Shown piece by piece: positions 49,182 to 58,185 of a stretch of DNA of 64,000 nt. The notes under the pieces are model-generated. The model ran no database searches, was not told the DNA's origin, and was given only the letters and a program-made list of their open reading frames with translations. The position numbers and the translations under genes were made by a program. Source of the stretch: an uncultured Pseudomonadota bacterium (GTDB lineage: Bacteria > UBA10199 > JADFYH01); the NCBI GenBank assembly GCA_964384365.1, contig CAYLKF010000007.1, positions 10,732 through 74,731 on the forward strand, written 5' to 3'. The stretch's first letter is position 1. The number at the start of each line of letters is the position of its first letter.

Positions 49182-50060
49182 ATGCAATCCATTACCCTTT
49201 CTTCTCCTGCCAAGATCAATTTGCGGCTAAATGTTTTAGGGCGCCGTTCAGATGGTTACCATGAGCTTTTAATGTTGATGGAACGCGTTTCCCTTTCGGA
49301 TGAAATTGAACTCAAAGTCGTCGAAAAAGGGATTATGGTTAGTGTTGATTCCCAAGAAGTGCCTGAAGGAGAATCGAATATTGCCTTCCGAGCCATTAAA
49401 GAAATCATGGCCTATTCTTCGCGAAATGTGGGAATTGAAGTGAAGATCAAGAAGAACATACCCGTTGCAGCAGGAATGGGGGGTGGTTCTTCTAATGCGG
49501 CCACAGTGATTCGTGGGCTCAATCAGCTCCTCAAATTAAAGCTTCCGCGTGAAAAGTTGATGATGATTGGCGCCAAGATTGGCGCGGATGTCCCGTTCTT
49601 TTTATTTGAAGCTCCGGCCATTGCGAGTGGCATTGGCGATCAACTGAGAAAAATTAAAAAAATCCCCAAGATGAGCTTTGTGATTATCAACCCAGGGTTT
49701 CCGGTGTCTACCGAATGGGTTTACAAAAACTATTCCATGAATGGTGTTCCTTCGAAAGGAACGGCAGATAAGCAATCTTCAGGTCTTCAAGAAGTTCCGA
49801 GTATTTTCAATACGAAACGTGATGTTGTGAAATATTTACACAACGATCTTGAAGAGGTGACTGCAAAACAATACCCCGTAATTGAAGAAATTAAAAAAAT
49901 GCTTGTTCAAAACGGTGCTTTGGCAAGCCGCATGACTGGTTCTGGACCTTCAGTCTTTGGTATTTTCCCCGATCGACCCACAGCGGAGAAGGCAATTAGT
50001 AAAATGAGTGCCAAGGCAGACAAAGGGTGGCGTTTTTTCCACGCAGAAAATCTTTGTTGA
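49182..50060 (+). CDS. ispE: 4-diphosphocytidyl-2-C-methyl-D-erythritol kinase
   Basis: PAKINLRL, KNIPVAAGMGGGSSNAA, GADVPFF, MTGSGPSVFG. Confidence 0.97.
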   Translation: MQSITLSSPAKINLRLNVLGRRSDGYHELLMLMERVSLSDEIELKVVEKGIMVSVDSQEVPEGESNIAFRAIKEIMAYSSRNVGIEVKIKKNIPVAAGMGGGSSNAATVIRGLNQLLKLKLPREKLMMIGAKIGADVPFFLFEAPAIASGIGDQLRKIKKIPKMSFVIINPGFPVSTEWVYKNYSMNGVPSKGTADKQSSGLQEVPSIFNTKRDVVKYLHNDLEEVTAKQYPVIEEIKKMLVQNGALASRMTGSGPSVFGIFPDRPTAEKAISKMSAKADKGWRFFHAENLC

Positions 50061-50126
50061 AGTTCCTGTTGAGGTTCTTAAACTGATAACACGATCTTGT
50101 GGTCGTTCCAAGTAGGGGGTGGTGGT

Positions 50127-50513
50127 ATGGAAATTACAGAAGTTCGGGTTTTTCCCATGAATGAGGAGAAACTCAAGGCGTACGCAACAGTTACTTTTGA
50201 TGATTGTTTTGTGGTGCGCGATCTTAAGGTTATTGCCGGAAATTCTGGTTTATTCGTAGCAATGCCTTCGAAAAAGCGTAAAGATGGGACTTTTAAAGAT
50301 ATCGCCCATCCTTTAAATAACGATTTTCGAGCAAAAATTGAGAAGGCGGTTCTCGATGCTTATCAAGTAGAGCAACCGAGCGCGCCAGAAGAAAAGCCTG
50401 TTCAAACTCCCGCAGCTACACCCACTCTCACTCCTGTATTTACAACTCCTTCGGTGGAGTCCAAAACGCCTGATCAGATTAATCCGAGTGATTATTCAGC
50501 ACCCGACGATTGA
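50127..50513 (+). CDS. spoVG: SpoVG family protein
   Basis: MEITEVRV, LKAYATVTFDDCFVVRDLKVI, FVAMPS, FKDIAHP; Pro/Thr-rich tail. Confidence 0.93.
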   Translation: MEITEVRVFPMNEEKLKAYATVTFDDCFVVRDLKVIAGNSGLFVAMPSKKRKDGTFKDIAHPLNNDFRAKIEKAVLDAYQVEQPSAPEEKPVQTPAATPTLTPVFTTPSVESKTPDQINPSDYSAPDD

Positions 50514-50654
50514 AATTTCTTTTATAACCTATTGCGCGCCCCAATTCCGGCGTTGGGTTCGTCGAAAAATCCTCACGTATGTTCATATACGTTCCGGTTT
50601 TTCTCCTCACCCGCCTTGGCCTTGGTTCGCTCATAACGGTTATAAAAGAAATTT
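50513..50654. repeat. 142-bp palindromic element with perfect 17-bp terminal inverted repeats (family 3)
   Basis: AAATTTCTTTTATAACC 50513-29 / GGTTATAAAAGAAATTT 50638-54; internal GGCGTTG..CACGTAT..ATACGTT..CGCCTTG. Confidence 0.75.
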
Positions 50655-50736
50655 AATAACCTTTTAATTCGAAAACTTTTCATTTTTAATCTTGTCGATC
50701 GTTTAATTTTTCGTTATATCCCCGACCCGCAGTTTT

Positions 50737-50808
50737 TGGGGCGTCGACAAGCGGTAAGTCACTGGATTTTGATTCCAGCATTCCCAGGTTCGAATCCTGG
50801 CGCCCCAA
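50737..50808 (+). tRNA. tRNA-Gln (TTG)
   Basis: Acceptor TGGGGCG/CGCCCCA, anticodon arm CTGGA-TTTTGAT-TCCAG, T-arm GGTTCGAATCC; CCA not encoded. Confidence 0.97.
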
Positions 50809-50942
50809 TTCGTTCAACTCAGCAAAGCTGAGCTGAACTAAAGTCAGGGGAGCATTCCATTGCTCCCCCTGGCTACCCCCATTGGTAAAAAGTACTTGAG
50901 TTAATAACTGGCCACTGACAACTGGTCACCGGGAACTGCCTT

Positions 50943-51890
50943 ATGAAAGCATCGAATAACATGCAGATTTTTAGCGGGAATGCGAATCGTCCTTTAGCCG
51001 AGGAGATTGCAAAGCATTTGGGTACCTCGTTGGGTGATGCCCAAGTGAAGCGGTTTTCCGATGGAGAGATTTGGGTGGAGATCGATCAAAATGTGCGCGG
51101 AAAACACGTGTTTGTGTTTCAGCCCACTTGCCCACCGGCCAGTGAACATTTGATGGAATTGCTCATTATTATTGACGCGTTGAAAAGGGCTTCGGCCGAT
51201 AAAATTACAGCGGTGATCCCGTACTATGGCTATGCTCGGCAAGATCGAAAAGTTCAGCCGCGTACCCCAATCACCTCTAAGTTAATTGCAGACTTGATTA
51301 CGGCAGCGGGCGCCAACCGGATTTTGGCGATGGATCTCCATGCGGGTCAGATTCAAGGATTTTTTAATATCCCGTTTGATCACTTATTTGCGACCCCGGT
51401 TTTGCTCGATTACATTCGCGAAAATTTACTTAATGATTTGGTGATTGTTTCTCCGGATGCTGGGGGTACTGAACGAGCACGGGCTTACGCAAAACGCTTG
51501 CAAGCGACCCTTGCCATGATCGATAAGCGCCGCTCGGCTCCGAATGTGAGTGAAGTAATGAATGTGATTGGGGAAGTGAAAGATAAAACGGCTATTATTG
51601 TGGATGATATCGTTGATACCGCGGGTACTTTAACCCAAGCCGCGGGAGCCTTGAAAAAACAAGGTGCTAAAAAGGTGTATGCCTGTATTACTCACCCCGT
51701 TTTATCGGGTAAGGCGATTGAAAATATTGAAAAATCAGATTTAGAGGCCTTAATTGTGACCAATACGATTCCCTTGACAGAACAGGCCAAAAAATGTTCG
51801 AAGATCAAAGTTTTATCGGTAGGAAAGCTTTTAGCAGAGGCAATTTGGAGAATTGATAGTAATGATTCGGTTTCCTCGCTATTTGTTTAG
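50943..51890 (+). CDS. prs: Ribose-phosphate pyrophosphokinase
   Basis: [45 protein letters not shown]. Confidence 0.98.
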   Translation: MKASNNMQIFSGNANRPLAEEIAKHLGTSLGDAQVKRFSDGEIWVEIDQNVRGKHVFVFQPTCPPASEHLMELLIIIDALKRASADKITAVIPYYGYARQDRKVQPRTPITSKLIADLITAAGANRILAMDLHAGQIQGFFNIPFDHLFATPVLLDYIRENLLNDLVIVSPDAGGTERARAYAKRLQATLAMIDKRRSAPNVSEVMNVIGEVKDKTAIIVDDIVDTAGTLTQAAGALKKQGAKKVYACITHPVLSGKAIENIEKSDLEALIVTNTIPLTEQAKKCSKIKVLSVGKLLAEAIWRIDSNDSVSSLFV

Positions 51891-51916
51891 TTTTTAATCT
51901 ATTAACAGAGGTTTTT

Positions 51917-52597
51917 ATGGATATTATTCAGTTATCAGTCGATGTGCGTAATCAGCAAGGGAAGGGGGCTGCCCGTAAAATTCGAGCCCGTGGAAAAATC
52001 CCTGGCATTCTCTATGGAAAAAATTCCGAAAACATTCTTTTGGAAGTAGATCCCAAAGCCATTCAATCGGCTATTTCAGGAACTTCTGGAATGAATACCG
52101 TGTTAGAAATGAATGTGCCCGAAAAAGGTAAAATTACGGTGATGCTTAAAGATTACCAAGCCGATAATATTCGCCGTCAATTTACTCATCTCGACTTCGT
52201 GCGTGTAGATTTAACCAAAAAGATTCATATCGATGTGCCAGTTGAGTTTGTTGGAAAAGCAGAAGGAGTGAAAGAAGGGGGAATTCTTGAAATCATTCGC
52301 CGCGATCTCCCCGTTGTTTGTTTACCCACTGCGATTCCAAAATCAATTGAAGTGGATGTGAGTGCCCTAAAAGTAGGAGCTTCGATCCATGTTGATGATA
52401 TTAAACTTCCTGCTGGTATTGAAGTGCCCCACGAAGAAAACTTTACCGTTGTATCGGTTGTAATGCCGAAAGAAGAGGAAGTCGCGCCTGTGGCCGCAGC
52501 ACCCACTGAGCCCGAAGTGCTTACTGCCAAGAAGCCTGCAGAGGGTGAAGAACCTAAAGCAGAGGGTAAGGCTGAAGCTAAAAAAGAAGGTAAGTAG
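51917..52597 (+). CDS. rplY: 50S ribosomal protein L25/Ctc
   Basis: GKGAARKIR..GKIPGILYG, HLDF, GVKEGG, LKVGASIHV. Confidence 0.95.
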   Translation: MDIIQLSVDVRNQQGKGAARKIRARGKIPGILYGKNSENILLEVDPKAIQSAISGTSGMNTVLEMNVPEKGKITVMLKDYQADNIRRQFTHLDFVRVDLTKKIHIDVPVEFVGKAEGVKEGGILEIIRRDLPVVCLPTAIPKSIEVDVSALKVGASIHVDDIKLPAGIEVPHEENFTVVSVVMPKEEEVAPVAAAPTEPEVLTAKKPAEGEEPKAEGKAEAKKEGK

Positions 52598-52627
52598 ACT
52601 TCTTCAAAAATTCGGTTTGATTTTTTT

Positions 52628-52660
52628 AAAGGTAGCTTTTTTGAGGCTACCTTTAATTTT
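52628..52660 (+). terminator. Hairpin/putative terminator after rplY
   Basis: AAAGGTAGC 52628-36 / GCTACCTTT 52646-54, then AATTTTTT. Confidence 0.6.
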
Positions 52661-52665
52661 TTCGT

Positions 52666-53229
52666 ATGAAACTCTTGGTTGGTTTAGGCAATCCGGGAAA
52701 AAAATATCAGGCCACGCGGCATAACGTGGGGTTTCAGTTGATTGAGATGTTGGCTCAAGATTTAAACCTCAATTTTAAAGCGAATAAATTTGAAGCGGAG
52801 TGGGTAGAAACTGAAATTAAAGGTGAAAAAACCTGTTTGATTTTGCCTCAAACCTATATGAACCGAAGTGGTTTATCGGTTGCGGCTTTCGTAAATTTTT
52901 TCAAGATTGATCTAGCCGATATCCTTGTGGCCCACGATGAGATGGATTTTCCGGTGGGAAAGATAAAGTTTGTTCGGGAAGGGGGAGCCGCCGGGCACCG
53001 TGGGGTAGAATCTATTCAGGAGGCCTTAAGTTCTCAAAATTTTTCGAGATTGAGAATTGGGGTAGGAAGACCTGAGCGTAAAGAACAAGTGCCTGATTTT
53101 GTTTTAAAACCCTTTCAAAACGAAGAAAAAGAGATGCTTTTACCTCTTTTAAACCAGGCAAAAGAAGCTCTTGCCATTTGGGTAACAAGTGGGTTAGACG
53201 CAGCACGCTCATTTTTAGCGAAAGCTTAA
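52666..53229 (+). CDS. pth: Peptidyl-tRNA hydrolase
   Basis: VGLGNPG, TRHNVGF, PQTYMNRSG, AGHRG, RLRIGVGRP. Confidence 0.96.
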   Translation: MKLLVGLGNPGKKYQATRHNVGFQLIEMLAQDLNLNFKANKFEAEWVETEIKGEKTCLILPQTYMNRSGLSVAAFVNFFKIDLADILVAHDEMDFPVGKIKFVREGGAAGHRGVESIQEALSSQNFSRLRIGVGRPERKEQVPDFVLKPFQNEEKEMLLPLLNQAKEALAIWVTSGLDAARSFLAKA

Positions 53230-53246
53230 ATTGGGTTTTTATTTAA

Positions 53247-53302
53247 CCTTGGTCTCTTTAAGAGAGGCCTCAATAGCGCTTTGCTATTTTAACCAAAAGG
53301 AG
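53247..53302 (+). promoter_or_regulatory. Putative S6:S18-type ribosomal leader upstream of rpsF
   Basis: CCTT / hairpin GGTCTCT-AGAGGCC / hairpin AATAGC-GCTATT / AAGG of the SD. Confidence 0.5.
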
Positions 53303-53306
53303 TCTT

Positions 53307-53711
53307 ATGCGAGAGTACGAAACACTCTATCTTTTACAGCCAGATCTTTCGGCTGATCAAATCGAAGAAATCGGAAAAAAACTCAGTGATTTTGTGGTGA
53401 ATCACAAAGGTCAGGTTCTTACTTTATTTAATTTAGGAAAACGACGCCTGGCTTATCGGGTAGGAAAACACCATCAGGGCGTTTATGTTTATTTGAATTA
53501 TTTAGCAGCAGGATCTGTAGTGGCTGAGATTGAGCGTGTTTTGAAGTACGATGATCGAGTTTTGCGTTTTATCACTGTGAAATTAGAAGATGAAGTGAAT
53601 GTGGAAGAGCGCGTGAAAGAAAAGAGAGAATTTACCTTAGCGACTTACGAAGATGCTCAAGAACGCTATCATAACCCCGAACATCATCATCAAGAAGCCC
53701 CTGCGCTTTAA
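53307..53711 (+). CDS. rpsF: 30S ribosomal protein S6
   Basis: MREYETLYLLQP, LGKRRLAY, VLRF. Confidence 0.95.
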   Translation: MREYETLYLLQPDLSADQIEEIGKKLSDFVVNHKGQVLTLFNLGKRRLAYRVGKHHQGVYVYLNYLAAGSVVAEIERVLKYDDRVLRFITVKLEDEVNVEERVKEKREFTLATYEDAQERYHNPEHHHQEAPAL

Positions 53712-53726
53712 TTGAAGGAGTTTAAA

Positions 53727-54002
53727 ATGGAATATCAATCCAGCTATCAAAGAAATGGTGACAATGATAAAGGTTTTAAACGTAAATTAGGCCGTCGTAA
53801 GTCTTGCCGTTTTTGTTCCGATAAAGAAGTGAAGGTTGATTTTAAAAATGGAAAATTGCTTTCTTTCTATATTAGTGAAACAGCAAAAGTGGTTCCTAGG
53901 CGTATATCCGGGAATTGTGCTTTGCATCAAAGGCGTTTAACTACTGCGATTAAGCGTGCCCGTTTAATGGCTTTAATTCCTTTTACCACCAATCAGAGAT
54001 AA
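53727..54002 (+). CDS. rpsR: 30S ribosomal protein S18 (Zn-binding C+ type)
   Basis: RRKSCRFC, RRISGNCALHQRRLTTAIKRAR; SD AAGGAG. Confidence 0.96.
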   Translation: MEYQSSYQRNGDNDKGFKRKLGRRKSCRFCSDKEVKVDFKNGKLLSFYISETAKVVPRRISGNCALHQRRLTTAIKRARLMALIPFTTNQR

Positions 54003-54008
54003 GCAGAT

Positions 54009-55046
54009 ATGACCCAACGGTTGAAATCCTTCTCTCTTTTTGGGATTGCCTTAGGTCTTTTTTTTAGCGGTATATTTACTTGGTTAACGCCTCTGCCTTT
54101 TTTTTATGCGATTCGGCGTTATTCCTTTAAGTTTGCTTTAATGTTGTTGGTGTTTTCTCTCCTTTGTTTAGGAGGGATTTACTTTTCGTTCTTTGACTTT
54201 ATAAAAACAGGTGTGGTTCCTGCAGGCTGGGTGAAATGGGTCGAGTGGTTTCCTGCGATGGTTTACTATTCGATCTTTGGACCTCAAGCGGTTTTGAGAA
54301 TCGTTTTAGGCTATTTTGCTTTTTACGGAGTCTTAGGCTTGCTCTTAGGTTTAAGGGTGAAAAAAAATCACTCTTTAACTTCTTTGTTTGGTGTGGTGAC
54401 GGCCGGAACTTTGCTGCTAAGCTTCTTGTTGATTTTATTCTTTGTAAAAGGGCAGTTAGGGCTATTTTTGCAAGGTATTGAACAGCTTTTGAACGAAGCT
54501 CTCACTCAGTTTTTGGCGGCTAACCAAAACACAGGCTTGGCGCCCGAAGAGATTGCTTTTTTGGGCCAACAACAGGGACACATCGTTCGCGGTTTTTTAA
54601 GCGTTTTACCGGCTTTGAGCATTGCATTTACCCTGTTTTTGGTTTGGCTCAACCTGACCGTTGCGAAGCGCTTGTTCTTTGGTTTAGGATTTTTTTCCGA
54701 ACTCGAAGATTTTATGCTCTTTCGTTTACCTTTTGCGCTTGTTTGGTTTTTAATAGGAGTCTTAAGCCTTTACTTGTTGAATAGTTACGTTTTAAAGCAG
54801 GATTGGTTTACTTTGGTGGTGCTCAATTTTTTTGTGGTGGGAGCGGTTGTTTATTTTTTTCAAGGTCTTTCGATCTTGAATTTTTATTTGTTCGTAAAAA
54901 GAGTTAGCTTTTTCATTCGTTTTTTGTGTTACTCCTTGTTAGTTATTTTTCTTCAGCCTTTAGGGCTGATTTTAGTAGTTTTAGGTTTTTTTGATTCTTG
55001 GTTTAATTTTAGAAAATTAAGCGGCAGACCCTCTGCTTCGGCTTAA
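54009..55046 (+). CDS. DUF2232/YybS membrane protein
   Basis: Multi-TM; YFFQGLSI, GFFDSWFNFR; conserved position between rpsR and rplI. Confidence 0.85.
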   Translation: MTQRLKSFSLFGIALGLFFSGIFTWLTPLPFFYAIRRYSFKFALMLLVFSLLCLGGIYFSFFDFIKTGVVPAGWVKWVEWFPAMVYYSIFGPQAVLRIVLGYFAFYGVLGLLLGLRVKKNHSLTSLFGVVTAGTLLLSFLLILFFVKGQLGLFLQGIEQLLNEALTQFLAANQNTGLAPEEIAFLGQQQGHIVRGFLSVLPALSIAFTLFLVWLNLTVAKRLFFGLGFFSELEDFMLFRLPFALVWFLIGVLSLYLLNSYVLKQDWFTLVVLNFFVVGAVVYFFQGLSILNFYLFVKRVSFFIRFLCYSLLVIFLQPLGLILVVLGFFDSWFNFRKLSGRPSASA

Positions 55047-55060
55047 AGTTTGGAGGCAAT

Positions 55061-55504
55061 ATGGAAATTATTTTAAAAGAAGATGTTCCCTCTTTGGGAA
55101 AAGCAGGACAAATCGTTAAGGTGAGAGAAGGTTATGGTCGTAACTTTTTGTTGCCCAGTAAAAAAGCGGTTGTGGCGAATCCTAAAAATGTAAAAGAGCT
55201 TGAACACTATAAAAAGATGATCGCGGCCAAGCAATCGAAGTTGGCAAAACAAGCGAGTGAAGTAAAAGCAAAGCTCGATCAATTCGTAGTCAATTTGAGC
55301 AAAGAAGTTGGAGAAGAGGGTAAACTCTTTGGTTCTGTTACTTCTCAAGAAATCGCAGAAGTTCTACGTTTAGCTGGTTTTTCAGTTGATAAAAGATCCA
55401 TTCATCTGAGTGAACCCATTCGTGCTTTGGGCGATTTTCAAGTAAGCGTAAAACTCCACAGCGAAGTGAGCGCCGATGTGAAAGTGGTTGTCAGCGCAAA
55501 ATAA
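55061..55504 (+). CDS. rplI: 50S ribosomal protein L9
   Basis: LGKAGQIVKVREGYGRNFLLP, GKLFGSVT. Confidence 0.97.
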   Translation: MEIILKEDVPSLGKAGQIVKVREGYGRNFLLPSKKAVVANPKNVKELEHYKKMIAAKQSKLAKQASEVKAKLDQFVVNLSKEVGEEGKLFGSVTSQEIAEVLRLAGFSVDKRSIHLSEPIRALGDFQVSVKLHSEVSADVKVVVSAK

Positions 55505-55524
55505 TTAAATTTAGGGGAATATTT

Positions 55525-56898
55525 GTGGCCTTGCAAAAGCCCTCCCAACTTGAAAGTTTGCGTCTTCCTCCTCATAATCATGAAGCGGAACAAGCGCTCC
55601 TTTCGGGAATATTGATTGATGCAGAGGCCTTAGGGAAAATCCTAGAACTTATCACCCCCGATGATTTCTACCGCGAAACCCACCGAAAAATTTTTGAGGC
55701 GATGCTTGCCCTTTATGAGCGCAATGAGCCAACCGATTTATTAACGGTTGGTGACGAGCTTCGCAAAACCTCCATGCTCGAAGCGGCGGGGGGCATGTCT
55801 TATTTGGCGACCTTGGTCGATCAGCTGCCTTCTGCCGCCCACATCACGAGTTATGCCCGTATTGTGAAAGAGAAGGCTATCCTCCGTGGTTTAATTTCCG
55901 CTGCGACTGAAATCATTGCAAAAGGGCAAGGAGAGAATGCCGACGATATTGATCGTTTTGTAGACGATGCTGAGCAAATCATCTTTAGAATTTCTGAAAA
56001 ACGAATTCGGCAAGGGTTTTTTCCGGTTAAAGAAATTGTTAAAGATTCTTTCAAAGCGATTGAGAGTCTTTATGAGAAAAAAGAATTGCTCACGGGCGTT
56101 ACCACCGGATTTCGTGATCTTGACCGAATTACATGTGGGTTGCAGCCCTCTGATCTAATTATTGTTGCGGGGCGACCCTCCATGGGAAAAACCGCATTTG
56201 CTTTGAATATTGCTGAAAATGCGGCTTGTGAGAAAAAGGTTTGTGTTGCGATATTCTCTCTTGAAATGAGTAAAGAACAATTGGTGCAACGTATGCTCTG
56301 CGGAGTTGCAAAGGTGGATGGCTCAAAGCTTCGCGGAGGGTTTTTGCGAGAAAGTGACTGGCCTAAACTCACGCGAGCAGCAGGAAAACTTTCCGAATCT
56401 CCTATCTATATTGATGATACTCCGGCTCTTTCCGTATTGGAGATGCGTGCGAAGGCGCGGCGCTTAAAAAAAGAAAAAGGCTTAGGGTTGATTGTGGTCG
56501 ATTATCTTCAGCTCATGCGTTCTTCTCTTCATACCGAGAGTCGTGAACGAGAAATTTCAGATATTTCAAGATCGCTCAAGGCTCTCGCGAAAGAATTAGG
56601 GGTTCCAGTGATTGCGCTTTCTCAGCTGAACCGAAGTGTGGAATCACGAACGGATAAACGTCCTCAACTTTCTGATCTTCGTGAGTCCGGAGCCATTGAG
56701 CAAGATGCCGATGTGATTGCCTTTATTTATCGGGATGAAGTTTACAATAAAAATACCGCCGATCGGGGTGTTTCTGAAATTATTATTGGGAAACAAAGAA
56801 ATGGCCCCATTGGAACGGTTCGTTTGGCTTTTCTTCATGAATATACCCGCTTTGAAGATTTAGCGGCTATGCCTGATGATTTTGGCCCGCCCGCCTAA
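55525..56898 (+). CDS. dnaB: Replicative DNA helicase
   Basis: PPHNHEAEQ, AGRPSMGKT, VDYLQLM, LSQLNR, SDLRESGAIEQDAD, KQRNGP. Confidence 0.98.
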   Translation: MALQKPSQLESLRLPPHNHEAEQALLSGILIDAEALGKILELITPDDFYRETHRKIFEAMLALYERNEPTDLLTVGDELRKTSMLEAAGGMSYLATLVDQLPSAAHITSYARIVKEKAILRGLISAATEIIAKGQGENADDIDRFVDDAEQIIFRISEKRIRQGFFPVKEIVKDSFKAIESLYEKKELLTGVTTGFRDLDRITCGLQPSDLIIVAGRPSMGKTAFALNIAENAACEKKVCVAIFSLEMSKEQLVQRMLCGVAKVDGSKLRGGFLRESDWPKLTRAAGKLSESPIYIDDTPALSVLEMRAKARRLKKEKGLGLIVVDYLQLMRSSLHTESREREISDISRSLKALAKELGVPVIALSQLNRSVESRTDKRPQLSDLRESGAIEQDADVIAFIYRDEVYNKNTADRGVSEIIIGKQRNGPIGTVRLAFLHEYTRFEDLAAMPDDFGPPA

Positions 56899-56899
56899 T

Positions 56900-57493
56900 A
56901 TGGAAATTGTTTTAGCCAGTTCGAATACCCATAAAGTCCAAGAAATTCTTGAAATCTGGGGGCCTGTACCTCTTAGAATTTTAACTCTTAAAGATTTTCC
57001 TTCTTTAAAACCGATTGATGAAACGGGAAAAACTTTCGAGGAAAATGCCTTAATTAAAGCGCGGGCCTTATTTGAGTATACCGGGTTAGGAACCATTGCA
57101 GATGATAGTGGTTTGGAAGTGGACGCTTTGGCCGGAGAACCGGGTATTTATTCTGCTCGGTATGCGGGGGAACCCTCAAACGATCAAGCCAATCTTGAAA
57201 AAGTTGTACGGAATTTATGGGCTTTGAACCCTCATCAGTGGGGAGATTACGCCGCTCGATTTATTTGTGTAGCGGCATGGATAAGCCCAGAAGGGATCGA
57301 AAAAACCTTTCGGGGTGCAATTGAAGGAAAGATCATCTCTACCTCTCGGGGAGCGCATGGTTTTGGCTATGACCCCATCTTCTATGTACCTCAATTAGGT
57401 AAGACTACGGCCGAATTGACCCCACTTGAGAAAAATGCGATCAGCCATCGATCGAAGGCTTTTTTGGCTCTTAAGTCCTATTTGTTTAAATAA
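56900..57493 (+). CDS. rdgB: Non-canonical purine NTP pyrophosphatase
   Basis: LASSNTHK, ETGKTFEENA, ADDSGLEVDAL, GFGYDPIF, SHRSKA. Confidence 0.95.
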   Translation: MEIVLASSNTHKVQEILEIWGPVPLRILTLKDFPSLKPIDETGKTFEENALIKARALFEYTGLGTIADDSGLEVDALAGEPGIYSARYAGEPSNDQANLEKVVRNLWALNPHQWGDYAARFICVAAWISPEGIEKTFRGAIEGKIISTSRGAHGFGYDPIFYVPQLGKTTAELTPLEKNAISHRSKAFLALKSYLFK

Positions 57494-57562
57494 TCAAATA
57501 AAATCATATTGTTATATGTTTGTGTCATTTTTGTAAAAAAATAAATATTTTCAGATTCAATA

Positions 57563-57591
57563 TTGACACAACGCGTTATGGGTTGTACTTT
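57563..57591 (+). promoter_or_regulatory. Sigma70-type promoter for the small basic protein
   Basis: TTGACA-17 nt-TACTTT; ACAAC/GTTGT inverted repeat overlapping the spacer. Confidence 0.55.
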
Positions 57592-57630
57592 CGGCCCTAA
57601 CAAAGTCGAAGAAAAAGAAAGGAGTTCTCT

Positions 57631-57840
57631 ATGTGGACTCAAAATTTAGAAAAAGATGTAAAAAAGAAAGTTAAAACTCAAGGCAGAAAAGGTAATTTTT
57701 TTAGTCAATTGAGTAAAAGCTTTCGGAATGTGGCCCCCCTCGAATGGGTACCTTCTTATTACCAAGATCAAATTCGGGCGGCGAAACCCGTAAAACTCTC
57801 TAAACCTCGAACTAAAAAATTAGCCCAAGCCCTCCATTAA
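57631..57840 (+). CDS. Small basic hypothetical protein (69 aa)
   Basis: SD AAAGGAG, own promoter and terminator, Lys-rich. Confidence 0.7.
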   Translation: MWTQNLEKDVKKKVKTQGRKGNFFSQLSKSFRNVAPLEWVPSYYQDQIRAAKPVKLSKPRTKKLAQALH

Positions 57841-57866
57841 AATCCCCCCTTCGGGGGATTTTTTTT
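57841..57866 (+). terminator. Intrinsic terminator
   Basis: ATCCCCC-cttc-GGGGGAT followed by a T tract. Confidence 0.88.
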
Positions 57867-57958
57867 GCCTTTTTCACCTCACTTTATTTTTTCATTGAAG
57901 CTTATCCCAGTATCCAGTTAATGTGTTCATTCTGTAGTTTTATTGAAATATTGAAATT

Positions 57959-58032
57959 CGGGGAGTAACTCAGCCCGGTAGAGTGCCAGCTTTGGGAGCT
58001 GGAGGTCGCAGGTTCAACTCCTGTCTCCCCGA
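57959..58032 (+). tRNA. tRNA-Pro (TGG)
   Basis: Acceptor CGGGGAG/CTCCCCG, anticodon arm CCAGC-TTTGGGA-GCTGG, T-arm GGTTCAACTCC. Confidence 0.96.
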
Positions 58033-58036
58033 TTTT

Positions 58037-58124
58037 ATTTAAATTAGCGAACAAAGTGAGCGAGAGGGGGAGGCTCCTTCAGCTTGACTGAAGGAGGGGG
58101 CGACGTGAGCCCCCTGTGATTGCC
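58037..58124. repeat. Palindromic insert (family 4) between tRNA-Pro and its duplicated 3' part
   Basis: CTCCTTCAG-cttga-CTGAAGGAG flanked by AGGGGG..GGCTC / GAGC.CCCCT. Confidence 0.65.
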
Positions 58125-58177
58125 TGCCAGCTTTGGGAGCTGGAGGTCGCAGGTTCAACTCCTGTCTCCCCGATTTT
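58125..58177 (+). repeat. 53-bp exact direct repeat of the tRNA-Pro 3' portion
   Basis: Identical to 57984-58036 (TGCCAGCTTTGGGAGC...CCCCGATTTT). Confidence 0.92.
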
Positions 58178-58185
58178 TTTAATAA

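Noticed and set aside
58125-58177. Second tRNA-Pro gene
   Set aside because: Lacks the 5' acceptor strand and D-arm; it is only a 3' duplicate.
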